DNA of 64,000 bases from Candidatus Marinacidobacterium sp. (GTDB lineage Bacteria; Acidobacteriota; Vicinamibacteria; Marinacidobacterales; Marinacidobacteraceae): the NCBI GenBank assembly GCA_965220965.1, contig OZ244852.1:2080001-2144000 (forward strand), written 5' to 3'. A program made the translations under genes and the position numbers. Shown here one piece after another: positions 48,296 to 58,200 of the stretch. Each line of letters starts with the position of its first letter. Position 1 is the stretch's first letter. The notes under the pieces are model-generated. The model worked only from the letters and a program-made list of their open reading frames with translations, was not told where the DNA came from and searched no databases.

Positions 48296-51202
48296 CTAGA
48301 AGGTCAAGCGGGCGCTAAGGCCGATCGTGCGGCCCTGGATCCACTCGATCGTTTCGCGGTAGCTGCCGCCGGCAAACATCCGGAAGTTCGTCTCGGACGC
48401 GTTGTTCAGCGCGTTGAAGATGTCCACCATGAACTGAATCTCCGCGGTATCACCAAGAGCGACCGCCTTGTCCACGCGGAAGTCCAGGATGGAGACCGTG
48501 TCGGAACGACGATTGTCCAGGTTGTCGAGGAAGATCGTCTGGGTGCCGACGTTTCCGATGTTGAGCCTCAGAAGCGGGGCCCAAGGAAATCCACTGACAT
48601 GGCGCAGCGTTCCGGCCACTCCAACGTCATACGGCATGACGTAGCGAGCCGCCGCCTTGAATTGCCAGTTCGTGACAGTCTGGAGCAACGGGATGAAGCC
48701 GTACTGGTACGTCCAGCCGACTCCCACCGGGTCCGTCGTCAGAGGGCTCTGGGTCTGGCCAGGCGTGCGACCCTCGTGTCGCCACTGATAGTCGAAGTAG
48801 GCGTTCCAGAAGAAGTTGTTCCGGAAGCGCCGGTTCACGCCCAGCGAAACCGTGGTCCAGTTGAAGTCCGCTTCTCCGTCGGGGACGTTCGTCGCCAGGT
48901 TTTCGCTGGTCGGAGCGCCGTCCGGAAGGTCGTAGACCGTCAGCGTCGTTCCGGCGAGACCGTCGGGGCAGGTAGCCGGGCAGGGCACCTGCTTGGCGTT
49001 CGTCAGCGTCCCGATGCGCGCGATGTTGAGGTTGCCCCAGGCGCCGGTCTGGCGCTTGTGGACCAGCGAGGCGCGCAGGCCGAGGTCGCTGCCGACCTGG
49101 TGCTCCAACGAACCACTGATCTCGTCCACGTACGGCTGCGACGTGTTCGGGTCGACGGGGCTGCCAACGGGCGGCTGAGTGAAGTCCTCTCCCAGGCCGG
49201 CGCCAGTGCTGCCGGTGAGCCGGGCGCCCAGTTCGCTTACGCCATCAAAGAGACCGTTCTCGTTCTGGTCGAGGAAACTGTACCGAACGAACTTGTTGCC
49301 TCCGGGATTGGAGAAGTCCCAGCCGCTGTTCATGTTGTGGTAGTAGCGGCCCCAGTAGCCCTTGAAGACCGACCGGCCTTCGCCGGTCACGTCATAGGTG
49401 AAGCCGAGGCGAGGCGCCAGGTTCCACCAACTGATGACGTTGCTTTCCGCCGGGATCTCGGCGCCAGGTCCGAAGAGCTGCGGCAGCGCTCCGGCGACGT
49501 TGGCGTCGATGTCGGCGATCTCGCGAATGCAGCCCACCACGTCAGGGCAGGTTCCGCCCGGCGTGTTGTTCGACCCGAGGTAACCGATCCGCTGGCTGCC
49601 GAAGCGCACGCCGGCGTTCACGGTGAGGCGGTCCGTCAGCGTCCACACGTCCTGGAAGTAGAAGTCGATGTGGGTGTTCCGGTCATGGTTGAAGTTCGGG
49701 ACACTGTGGAACTCGATTTCGCTGACGTTGAACGGCCGCGCCGGATCCAGACCGCTGTGGTCCCGATAGCGGACGGCTCCTGAGTTGGAGTTCCAGCCAA
49801 ACTGCTCCTCGTCGATCTGCATGTCCCAGCCGAACTTGAAGTCGTGGCTTCCGCTCTCGGTAGGCAGGTAGTAGTTGAACTGGCCGGTCGTGTGCGGCTT
49901 CCAGCGATTGAAGGTGAACGGCTGCCAGCCCGCGCCGGACCACTGATCGCTGTCGAGGTCGATGCGTGGCGGGTTCGTCGCCGGGTCGACCGCCGGCGTC
50001 ATCGGCCAGCCGAACCCGAAGTGGTTCACCTGGATGTTGCTGTAGAGCCGATCGCTCCAGACCCGCTGCCACTCGGCCTTGTGGAGCCAGGACCAGGAGT
50101 CCTGGGCCAGGATCGACTCGGCCGGACGGTTCGCGGAGAGTCCACGGAACGGCTTCTGCTTCAGCGACCAGTGGTGGAAAGTGATGAACTGGTCCCGGTC
50201 AGTGAGCTGCCAGTTCACCTTGGCGGTGAACATGTCGAAGTCACCCAGATCCGTGCCGTCTTCCGCAGGCTGGCCGGAGATGATCCGGTCGATGACGAAG
50301 CGGTTGTAGGCCGCGTAGAACCACGCCTTGTCCCGTACGATCGGGCCGCCGAGATCGAGGTGGTACTCATAAAACTCGATGACCGGCGCCGAAGTGCCGC
50401 CGCGGCTCTCCAGATCCGACGTGATGTTGTCGACGATCCACGCCTCGGGCTCGTAGGCGAGGTGCTCGGTTCCGGAGAAGTCGTTTCCTCCGCTCTTCCA
50501 CACCGCGTTCACGGTCGCGCCCGGCGTGTTCGACTCGACGTCCGCGCCCTGCGCCGACACCTGGAACTCACCGATCGCGTAGAAGTCGTAGTAGCCGCCG
50601 GCTCCGCCGGTGCCCTCGGTCGTGTTCACACCATCGTTGATGATGCGGTTCTGACCGCGGACGCCGAAGGTCTCGTAGCCGGACTGCTGGCTCTTGTGGG
50701 ATCCGCCCACATCGTAGCCGCGCATCCGGACGCCGGGGCTCTGCTGCAGCACCGCCCACATGTCGGTCGCGGAGGGAACGTCCTCGAGCTGGGTCGTGTC
50801 GAACGTGGCCGACACGCCGGTTGTCTTGACGTCCACGACCGGCGATTCACCGGTCACGGTCACCGTCTCGGCGACGGTGGCGATGTCCATCGAGGCGTTG
50901 ATCTCGAACGTCGAGCCACCGACCACGGTGACATCCTCGAACACGACGGTCTGGAAGCCGCCGAGCTCGAACGTCAGGTTGTAACTCCCGCCGACGAGCT
51001 GCGCGAACCGGTAGGAACCGTCAACGTCGGTGACGGCCGTCCGGGGCGCAACGAGCTCCGCCGACTCCAGGGTGACGGTCACCCCGGGGAGGACGAGACC
51101 CTGGGCGTCGCTGGCGGCGCCTTCGAGTCGCCCGTAGATCTGCTGACTGAAGGCCGAAGCCGGCCAGGCCAGCAGCACGGTAAACAGGATGAGTTTTCTC
51201 AT
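48296..51202 (-). CDS. TonB-dependent receptor (paralog 3)
   Basis: AAAGGAG RBS before ATG 51202, signal peptide, same conserved motifs as paralogs 1 and 2, C-terminal RLTF. Confidence 0.9.
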   Translation of the reverse strand: MRKLILFTVLLAWPASAFSQQIYGRLEGAASDAQGLVLPGVTVTLESAELVAPRTAVTDVDGSYRFAQLVGGSYNLTFELGGFQTVVFEDVTVVGGSTFEINASMDIATVAETVTVTGESPVVDVKTTGVSATFDTTQLEDVPSATDMWAVLQQSPGVRMRGYDVGGSHKSQQSGYETFGVRGQNRIINDGVNTTEGTGGAGGYYDFYAIGEFQVSAQGADVESNTPGATVNAVWKSGGNDFSGTEHLAYEPEAWIVDNITSDLESRGGTSAPVIEFYEYHLDLGGPIVRDKAWFYAAYNRFVIDRIISGQPAEDGTDLGDFDMFTAKVNWQLTDRDQFITFHHWSLKQKPFRGLSANRPAESILAQDSWSWLHKAEWQRVWSDRLYSNIQVNHFGFGWPMTPAVDPATNPPRIDLDSDQWSGAGWQPFTFNRWKPHTTGQFNYYLPTESGSHDFKFGWDMQIDEEQFGWNSNSGAVRYRDHSGLDPARPFNVSEIEFHSVPNFNHDRNTHIDFYFQDVWTLTDRLTVNAGVRFGSQRIGYLGSNNTPGGTCPDVVGCIREIADIDANVAGALPQLFGPGAEIPAESNVISWWNLAPRLGFTYDVTGEGRSVFKGYWGRYYHNMNSGWDFSNPGGNKFVRYSFLDQNENGLFDGVSELGARLTGSTGAGLGEDFTQPPVGSPVDPNTSQPYVDEISGSLEHQVGSDLGLRASLVHKRQTGAWGNLNIARIGTLTNAKQVPCPATCPDGLAGTTLTVYDLPDGAPTSENLATNVPDGEADFNWTTVSLGVNRRFRNNFFWNAYFDYQWRHEGRTPGQTQSPLTTDPVGVGWTYQYGFIPLLQTVTNWQFKAAARYVMPYDVGVAGTLRHVSGFPWAPLLRLNIGNVGTQTIFLDNLDNRRSDTVSILDFRVDKAVALGDTAEIQFMVDIFNALNNASETNFRMFAGGSYRETIEWIQGRTIGLSARLTF

Positions 51203-51448
51203 GCTTGCTGATGCTCCTTTGAGCGATGAGGAAAGTGGATCGCCGGTCCCCCGGGCGAGACGCCCCAGGAACCGGATCGATGGGTGATCCGCTTCAGGCA
51301 GCAACGTCCGGACCAAGCCGATGCGGGCGCTGCCGAAGAGTGATCACGCCTTCCAAGTCGTTGATTTCCCGCGATTTGTCCGGACCGCCGATCCGATGGC
51401 TCCTCAGGAAACCCTTGGGAACTTCGGTTTTTTGAACCCGGACCGCGT

Positions 51449-51478
51449 AGTATCTTGAATTCCGCGGGCTCGAGTCAA
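51449..51478 (-). promoter_or_regulatory. Candidate sigma70 promoter for TBDR paralog 3
   Basis: TTGACT-N18-GATACT on the minus strand in an AT-richer patch. Confidence 0.4.
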
Positions 51479-51688
51479 CCGGCTGTGCAGGCCCATCCCG
51501 TTTGGCGGTCGGGGCGGCGTCCGGGCCGGGATGGGGGCGGCGCCGTGGGGGCCCCGGCGCCGTCCCGCGGGCGTGGAGGCGTCGGAGGGCTGCGATAGGC
51601 CGTTCGCGGGGCCCATCCGAACGGGGTGGGGCCGGCCCGGAAGTCCGGCCCGGCCCCAATGCCGGAGCAGACTGGACTTCCCGACCCC

Positions 51689-53095
51689 TCAGAAAGTGTC
51701 GGGGCGGCGGCGGGGGAGGACGACGGTGGGGCGCGTCGTCTCCAGGTGGATGACCACGTCGAAGTGGTCGGCGAGCGGCCGCTCCCACCAGTACCGGTCC
51801 GAGAGGTCCGCGTTGAAGCAGGCTCCGATGCTGCGCATCTGCCGGGAGCCCGCGAGCCAGGTCGTTGCCGGGTTCTCCGGATTCCGGCCCCTCAGGTCCA
51901 GCACGAAGCGCGGCGCCGCCGCCGTGGAGAAGTAGTGCTCGTAGGAGCCCTCGACCACCGGATCCAGATCCCAGGCGCCAAGCGCGCCGCAACCGCCGTC
52001 CTCGAACTGCCGAGCCGCCGTGACCCGGCCCTGCTCATGGGTGAACCCCACGATCACCATGTCGGCCCCGTACTCCTTCCGCAGGTGGAAACCCTGGGCT
52101 CCGGCCGGACCATACTCACGCAGATTGGCGACATGGTTGTTGTGGGCCCACAGCACCATGCGGCTGCCGGGACCCTGCTGGCGATGGATCCAGGCGGTGT
52201 TCTCGGCCATCGACTCGTCCCGGCTCTGGAGTCCTGACGTCATGAGGTGAAACTGGAACGCGACCCGGAGACTCTGCAGCGCGACATCGAACGCCTCCCG
52301 GCCACGCACAGCGACGTAGGCCGCCTCGTTCGACTCGAGAACGGACCGCACACCGTCCAGCGACACCCCGCAGTCGGTGCGGTAGGTGTCCACGAGTTCG
52401 CCGTAGCGGGGGCTCGGGGCGATTCCGTCCGGGCCGTTGGCATAGCGATCCAGACACTCCATCCCCTCGGTGACCTCGTCGAGGCGCGACGGGTCCACGG
52501 ACGCAACGTACTCGCGGACGTTGTGGAGAGCCATCCCGGGGAACTGCATGTCGAACCCGTGGAACCCGATGTCCCCGCCGGCCTCGTTGTGGTCCCGCAT
52601 CCACTCAATCATCTCGAGGACCGATTCGGTGTTCCAGGTCCAGAAATAGAGCGCGGAGAGGAGCACCTCCGGGTCGCCCTCTCCCGTCCGGACGTAGTGA
52701 TCCAAGCGCCGCGACTCGGGCCAGGTCGCCTCGATGGCGAACGTGTCGAACCCCATCTCCTCGACCAGGAACCGGAGGATCCGGGCCTTCATCTCGAAGA
52801 AGTCGCGCGTGCCGTGCGTTCCGTCGCCGAGCGAGACGACGGTGGCGTCGCCAACGACATCGCGCAGAAACTCGAGGTCGTCATGCGGCAGGGACAGGTG
52901 GACGCCCTCCAGGGGGTGGGCGTTCGCGTCGATCCACTCGGTCGCGACCGCCGGTACTTCGTAGACCACGGGCAGGGGAGGCGGGACCATGAAGTCGGGC
53001 CCGTCGCCGCAGCCAGCGAACGCCAGGAGCGCAACGCCGAACGCTGTCGCCGACGCTCGCTTCGGACCGAGGCATCGGGAGTGTGTCTCTCTCAT
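51689..53095 (-). CDS. Erythromycin esterase-family lipoprotein
   Basis: LGDGTHGTRDF, FAIEA, EWMR.HN, GFDMQ, RDESMAEN, LWAHNNHV; lipobox FAGC. Confidence 0.85.
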   Translation of the reverse strand: MRETHSRCLGPKRASATAFGVALLAFAGCGDGPDFMVPPPLPVVYEVPAVATEWIDANAHPLEGVHLSLPHDDLEFLRDVVGDATVVSLGDGTHGTRDFFEMKARILRFLVEEMGFDTFAIEATWPESRRLDHYVRTGEGDPEVLLSALYFWTWNTESVLEMIEWMRDHNEAGGDIGFHGFDMQFPGMALHNVREYVASVDPSRLDEVTEGMECLDRYANGPDGIAPSPRYGELVDTYRTDCGVSLDGVRSVLESNEAAYVAVRGREAFDVALQSLRVAFQFHLMTSGLQSRDESMAENTAWIHRQQGPGSRMVLWAHNNHVANLREYGPAGAQGFHLRKEYGADMVIVGFTHEQGRVTAARQFEDGGCGALGAWDLDPVVEGSYEHYFSTAAAPRFVLDLRGRNPENPATTWLAGSRQMRSIGACFNADLSDRYWWERPLADHFDVVIHLETTRPTVVLPRRRPDTF

Positions 53096-53313
53096 CCGGG
53101 CAGCTCGGGAGACGCCGTCTTCACGCCCGAGCGCAGCTGGGAGTGTATGAAGGCGACGGGCAACCCCGCCATCGACCTCTCCGCAAGCCCGGCCACAAGC
53201 TCCGTTACGTCTTCCGGCCACCGTTGCGAAAGATCGGACGCCAGCAGGGTCTGTGGACAGCTCCGCACAAGTTCGGACACATCAACATATACTGAGTGAT
53301 TATCACTCACCAT

Positions 53314-54537
53314 ATGTCGGATCACCCGCTTCCCCGACTTGCGGCCGGTCCCCTCGCGACCCATCTGGCGGAGGCTCCGGTCGTCGTCGTCACCGGCGCC
53401 CGTCAGACCGGCAAGACGACGCTGGTGCGGGAGCTCATGCCGGAGGGCCGGCAGTACTTCACCTTCGACGATCTGGACGCCGTGGAAGCGGCGCAACGGG
53501 ATCCGGGCCAGCTCCTGCGCGCTGCCGAGGCCGTGACGCTGGACGAGGTCCAGCGCTACCCCGAGGTCCTCTCGGCGGTGAAGCGCATCGTGGACGACTC
53601 GCGCCGGCCCGGTCGCTTCCTGCTGACCGGCTCCGCCAACCTGCTCCTCATGCGCCGCGTCTCTGAAACGCTGGCCGGGCGCGCCGCCTGGCTGAACCTC
53701 TGGCCCATGACCCGCAGCGAGCAGCTCGGGAAGGGTCGTTGTGGGCTGTGGGGTGACCTGTTGGCGGCGCCCCCATCCGACTGGCCGGAGGCGCTCGCCT
53801 CGCGGCCTGATGAGCCGGAGGACTGGAAGGAGCTCGCGCGGCGCGGCGGGTTCCCGGTCCCGGCGCTCACGCGCCGAGCGGAGGCCTCCCGCTGGCGGTG
53901 GTTCGACGGCTACGTGCGGACCTATCTGGAGCGGGATCTGCAGACCCAGGCGCGCATCACCGCGCTCCCCGACTTCCGCCGGGTCATGCGGACGGCGGCG
54001 GCGCGTCTCGGCGGACTCGTGAATCAGACGGAAATCGGCCGCGACGCCGCGCTTCCGCAACAGACGGTGGGCCGTTACCTGAACCTGCTGGAGGTCTCCT
54101 GCCTCCTGGTTCGGCTGCCCGCCTACGCGGTCAACCGCACGAAACGGATCATCAAGGCGCCCAAACTCTACTGGGCGGACACCGGGCTGGCGCTCCATCT
54201 GGCGGGCGACCCGAAACCGGAGGGAGCGCATCTCGAGAACCTCGTGCTCCACGACCTGCTGGTCTTTCGCGACAGCCGCTTCGGGCGGACCGGGGTCTTC
54301 CACTGGCGCACGGCGCAGGGCGCCGAAGTGGACTTCGTGGTCGAGGCGGGAGATCAGCTCCTGCCGGTCGAGGTCAAGGCGACGCGGAGGCCGCGACTCC
54401 GCGACGCCCGACACCTGTTGACGTTCGCCGGCGAGTACGGGGCGGCTGTTCCGGCTGGTCTGCTTCTCCACACCGGAGACGAGACCGGATGGATCGCGCC
54501 CGGCGTGCTGGCCGCGCCCTGGTGGCGGGTCCTGTAG
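53314..54537 (+). CDS. AAA+ ATPase, AAA_14-DUF4143 type
   Basis: GARQTGKTT, LDEVQR, FLLTGSA, YLERD, PKLYWADTGL, EVDFV...PVEVK. Confidence 0.88.
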   Translation: MSDHPLPRLAAGPLATHLAEAPVVVVTGARQTGKTTLVRELMPEGRQYFTFDDLDAVEAAQRDPGQLLRAAEAVTLDEVQRYPEVLSAVKRIVDDSRRPGRFLLTGSANLLLMRRVSETLAGRAAWLNLWPMTRSEQLGKGRCGLWGDLLAAPPSDWPEALASRPDEPEDWKELARRGGFPVPALTRRAEASRWRWFDGYVRTYLERDLQTQARITALPDFRRVMRTAAARLGGLVNQTEIGRDAALPQQTVGRYLNLLEVSCLLVRLPAYAVNRTKRIIKAPKLYWADTGLALHLAGDPKPEGAHLENLVLHDLLVFRDSRFGRTGVFHWRTAQGAEVDFVVEAGDQLLPVEVKATRRPRLRDARHLLTFAGEYGAAVPAGLLLHTGDETGWIAPGVLAAPWWRVL

Positions 54538-54629
54538 CCGACCCACAGCGAAAGGAACCTCGCCCCGGACGGTTCCGTCCCTGGTCGCGCGGAGGACCGG
54601 CGCGGGGCGGCCCATAGACTTCTCCGGCC

Positions 54630-55976
54630 GTGGAAGCTCCCCTGCCCTTCCGGACCGCCGGCTCGGCGCTCGCCGCGAACCCGCTCCGGACGGCTCTGGC
54701 GCTGACCGGGCTGGTCATCGGGGTGGCGTCGGTCATCACGATGGCGGCGCTCGGGACCGGCGCGCGGGCGGCCGTCGCCGACGATGTGCGCTCGGCGGGC
54801 ACGAACATCATCGTGGTCCGCGCCGGGAACTACATCCGCGGCGGCGACGCCGTGAACATCCCCTCGGGGTTCGGGCGGGCCGACACGCTCACCGTGGGCG
54901 ACGCCGAAGCCCTCCGCGGGATCGCCGACGTGGCGAGAGTCAGTCCGGTCGTGGAGGACCGGGCGGCGGTCGCCTCGCGGTTCGGAAGCGGCTTCGCCCC
55001 GGTGCACGGCATCTCGGAAGACGGGGCGGTGATCCATCAGGTCCGCTTCCTCGACGGCGAGAACTTTTCGGCCGGGGATGTGACGGGCCGGCGTCCGGTG
55101 GCGCTGCTTTCCGGTCCGGCGGAGCAGGATGTGTTCCCCGGCGGGTCGGGGGTGGGGGAGACCGTCGTGATCCGGGACACCGAGTTCGAGGTCGTGGGCG
55201 TTTACCAGTCGGCCGACCGGAGACTCGCCGAGGCGGTCCTCGTTCCCTACACGGTGCTCCAGCCGCTGGTCGGACGCGACTACCTCCAGGCGATCGTGAT
55301 CTCCACCGAACGGGCGGGGGACGCTTCGCGGGTGGCGCGTGACGTGACGAACGTCCTGCGGGAGCGGCACGAACTGACCCGGGCGGCGCCGCCCGCCGAA
55401 TCCGCCGCGCCGCATGCCTTCCGGCGCGGGACGCGCCTCCCGGATGACTTCGTGGTCCGCACTCAGGCCACCGCGGCGCTGACCCAGGGGCTCTACACGA
55501 CCGCCGCGGCCTTCGTGCTGGCCTCGATGCCGAAGCTGGATGAAGTGACCTCGGAGGAGATGGTCGGCACCCTGAACCGCGCCACGTCCACGATGACGCT
55601 GCTGCTGGGAGCGCTCGCCGGAGTCTCGCTCATGGTCGGGGGAGTCGGCATCATGAACGTCATGCTGCTGGCGGTGACCGAACGGACCCGCGAGATCGGG
55701 CTCCGGCTCGCGGTGGGCGCGCGCCGCCGCGACGTGCTGTGGCAGTTCCTCGCCGAGGCCGTCGGGCTCGCCATCCTCGGCGGGCTCTTCGGCGTCGCGC
55801 TCGGCGGGGTGTCGTCCGCGGTCGTGGAGGGCCTCTTCGGCTGGCGGACGGTCATCCCGCCGGAGGCGCTCGCCGCCGGCGCGGCGCTCGCGCTCGGGGT
55901 GGGGGTTTTCTTCGGGTGGTACCCGGCGCGCCGGGCCTCGCGGCTCGACCCGATCGTGTCGCTCCGCTCGGAGTAG
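54630..55976 (+). CDS. MacB/FtsX-family ABC transporter permease
   Basis: RTALALTGLVIGVASVI, VGGVGIMNVMLLAVTERTREIGLR, FGWYPARRASRLDPI. Confidence 0.9.
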   Translation: MEAPLPFRTAGSALAANPLRTALALTGLVIGVASVITMAALGTGARAAVADDVRSAGTNIIVVRAGNYIRGGDAVNIPSGFGRADTLTVGDAEALRGIADVARVSPVVEDRAAVASRFGSGFAPVHGISEDGAVIHQVRFLDGENFSAGDVTGRRPVALLSGPAEQDVFPGGSGVGETVVIRDTEFEVVGVYQSADRRLAEAVLVPYTVLQPLVGRDYLQAIVISTERAGDASRVARDVTNVLRERHELTRAAPPAESAAPHAFRRGTRLPDDFVVRTQATAALTQGLYTTAAAFVLASMPKLDEVTSEEMVGTLNRATSTMTLLLGALAGVSLMVGGVGIMNVMLLAVTERTREIGLRLAVGARRRDVLWQFLAEAVGLAILGGLFGVALGGVSSAVVEGLFGWRTVIPPEALAAGAALALGVGVFFGWYPARRASRLDPIVSLRSE

Positions 55977-55994
55977 GAGAGGTCGGCCCCCGCG

Positions 55995-56384
55995 TCAGAT
56001 CCCGGCGCGCGCCAGGCGGGAGCGCCCCGTTCCCGACCCGCCGCCCGCGGCGACTTCGAGCGCAGCCTCCCGGGACTCGCAGATCGCGATGATCTGATCG
56101 AAACCGCTGATCCGGAACACTTCTTCGACGTGCGCCTTCATCGAGCACAGGACGAGCGATCCGCCGCTCTCCTCGAGCGCCCTCGCCGCCATCAGGAGGA
56201 CCCGCATCCCCGCGCTGCTGATGAAGTCGAGGCCGCTGAAGTCCACCACCAGCCGCTTCTCGCCGCCGCCCACCTGCTCCATGACGACAGTTTCGAAGGG
56301 GCGGCTGCTACCGCTGTCGAGCCGTCCGGTCGGGGACAGCACGAGCGTGTCTCCGCTGCGCTCCTGGGTGACTTCCATGCTCAT
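55995..56384 (-). CDS. STAS-domain anti-sigma factor antagonist
   Basis: GRLD, DFSGLDFISSAGMRVLL, VFRISGF. Confidence 0.9.
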   Translation of the reverse strand: MSMEVTQERSGDTLVLSPTGRLDSGSSRPFETVVMEQVGGGEKRLVVDFSGLDFISSAGMRVLLMAARALEESGGSLVLCSMKAHVEEVFRISGFDQIIAICESREAALEVAAGGGSGTGRSRLARAGI

Positions 56385-56561
56385 CGACTGCGTTCCTCCG
56401 GTCCGAAGGCCGGCGCGACCGGAGGAGACTCCGGGGGCGGCGGGAGGCGGACCTGGTGGCGCATCGTACCCGCCCCGCGCAGGAGCCCCTTCTTCGGATC
56501 ACCCCCGAAGCGCTGGTGAGGCGCACAACTTCGCCGTGATGGCGTCACGGAGTCCAACATC

Positions 56562-57905
56562 ATGCTCATGACCGATCAACGCAGCTACCTGGAAGCGACG
56601 CTTCCGTTCGAGGGGGATCCCCTGTCGCTGGCGACCCGGGTCGCGCGCTCGGCCGACAAGGGCGACTACGTGCTCTACGAGCACCAGGGCGAGTGGGCCG
56701 TGGGCATGGGGATGGAGGGCCGGGTGACGGCGTATCCGACCCGGATCGTGGTGAACTGGAACGGAGGGGAGCGGGTCCTCAGCCCGGGCGATGACCTGAG
56801 CCGGTCGATCCACGAAGCGCTCGGCGAGCTGCCGGTCGAGAACTGGCGCGCCTACGGGACGGCCACCTTCGAGTTGTCCCGGCTGAACTACGGGCTGCCG
56901 GTCCCGGAGGACGAGCCACTGCTGAAGCTGTTCCTTCCGCGCGAGGAAGTCCGGATCGAGGGGTCGGCGGTCCTGCTGCGGGCGCTGGAGGCGGAGGGAC
57001 TCGCAGCGCTCAGGGCGCGGGTGGAGGAGCTGATGCGCCAGGAGGACGCCGCCGAGCCGGCGGCGCCGATGGCGCTCGACCACGAGATCGCGACCCATGA
57101 CGCCGATCCCTACAAGCGGGGCGTCGCCGCGGCGCTGAAGGAGATCCACGCGCAGCAGTACCGGAAGGTGATCCTGTCGCGCCAGATCCCGCTCTCCGGG
57201 TCGCTCGACATGACGGCCAGCTACGTGGCCGGACGCCGGGCCAACACCCCGGCGCGGTCCTACGTGCTGCGGCTCGACGGCCTGGAGGCGGCGGGGTTCA
57301 GTCCGGAGACGGTCGCCGAGGTCACCAGCGGACGCGAGGTCTTCACGACCCCGCTCGCCGGCACCCGGTCGACCGGCGAAGGCATCATGGACGAGCTGCG
57401 GCTCCGCGAGGAACTGCTGAGCGACTCCAAGGAGATCGCCGAACACGCCATTTCGGTCTACGTCGGGTTCGACGAGATGACGATGGCGTGCGATCCGGCG
57501 AGCGTCTCGGTGATCAACTTCATGCTCGTCTCGCGGCGCGGCGCGGTCCAGCACCTGGCCTCCCGCCTCAAGGGCCGGCTGCTCGATGTCTGCAACCCGT
57601 GGCACGCCTTCAACGCGCTCTTCCCCGCGGTCACGGCCTCGGGCGTTCCCAAGCTCGAGTCGGTGGACGCCATCGGGCGGCTCGAGGCGAAGCCGCGCGG
57701 CCTCTACGCCGGCTGCGTGATGATCTGCGAGGAGGCCGGCAAGCTCGACGCCGCGCTCGTGCTGCGCAGCTTCTACCAGCGCGACGGCAAGGCGTGGCTC
57801 CAGGCGGGCGCCGGGATCATGAACATGTCGAGGCCGGAGCGCGAGCTGGAGGAGACCCGGGAGAAGCTCAGCAGCTTCTCGCGCTATCTGGTCGCGGCGG
57901 ACTGA
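56562..57905 (+). CDS. Salicylate synthase (Irp9/MbtI-like chorismate-utilising enzyme)
   Basis: KVILSR, FSPE, PLAGTR, KEIAEHAISV, VQHL, FPAVTASGVPK, LDAALVLR, LQAGAGI, RELEETREKL. Confidence 0.82.
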   Translation: MLMTDQRSYLEATLPFEGDPLSLATRVARSADKGDYVLYEHQGEWAVGMGMEGRVTAYPTRIVVNWNGGERVLSPGDDLSRSIHEALGELPVENWRAYGTATFELSRLNYGLPVPEDEPLLKLFLPREEVRIEGSAVLLRALEAEGLAALRARVEELMRQEDAAEPAAPMALDHEIATHDADPYKRGVAAALKEIHAQQYRKVILSRQIPLSGSLDMTASYVAGRRANTPARSYVLRLDGLEAAGFSPETVAEVTSGREVFTTPLAGTRSTGEGIMDELRLREELLSDSKEIAEHAISVYVGFDEMTMACDPASVSVINFMLVSRRGAVQHLASRLKGRLLDVCNPWHAFNALFPAVTASGVPKLESVDAIGRLEAKPRGLYAGCVMICEEAGKLDAALVLRSFYQRDGKAWLQAGAGIMNMSRPERELEETREKLSSFSRYLVAAD

Positions 57906-58200
57906 CGCGGAGGCGGCGCGAGACGACGCGCCGCGGTTCGCGGAGAGGGCCCACTTCCGGCGCCTTCACGCGAGCGCCCTCACTTGCGGCCGGGCCGGGG
58001 AAGCTTCAGCTCGTCGAACATCCACAGCAGATCCAGCGGCCGGCGTCCCTCGTGACGCGCGGCCCGGAGTTCGGCGTTCCCGCCCCGCGCAAGGGTGAGC
58101 GATCGAGTCGCATGACCGGCGGGGAACGCTCCCCGGCGGAGTGTAGGCGGCCACCCGCGCGGCGAACGGCGCCCCGGTGACGAACGGGGCGCGGCGCGAA

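Noticed and set aside
51689-53095. Macrolide resistance gene (ereA/ereB)
   Set aside because: Only family-level motifs are visible; most members of the family are not shown to confer resistance.
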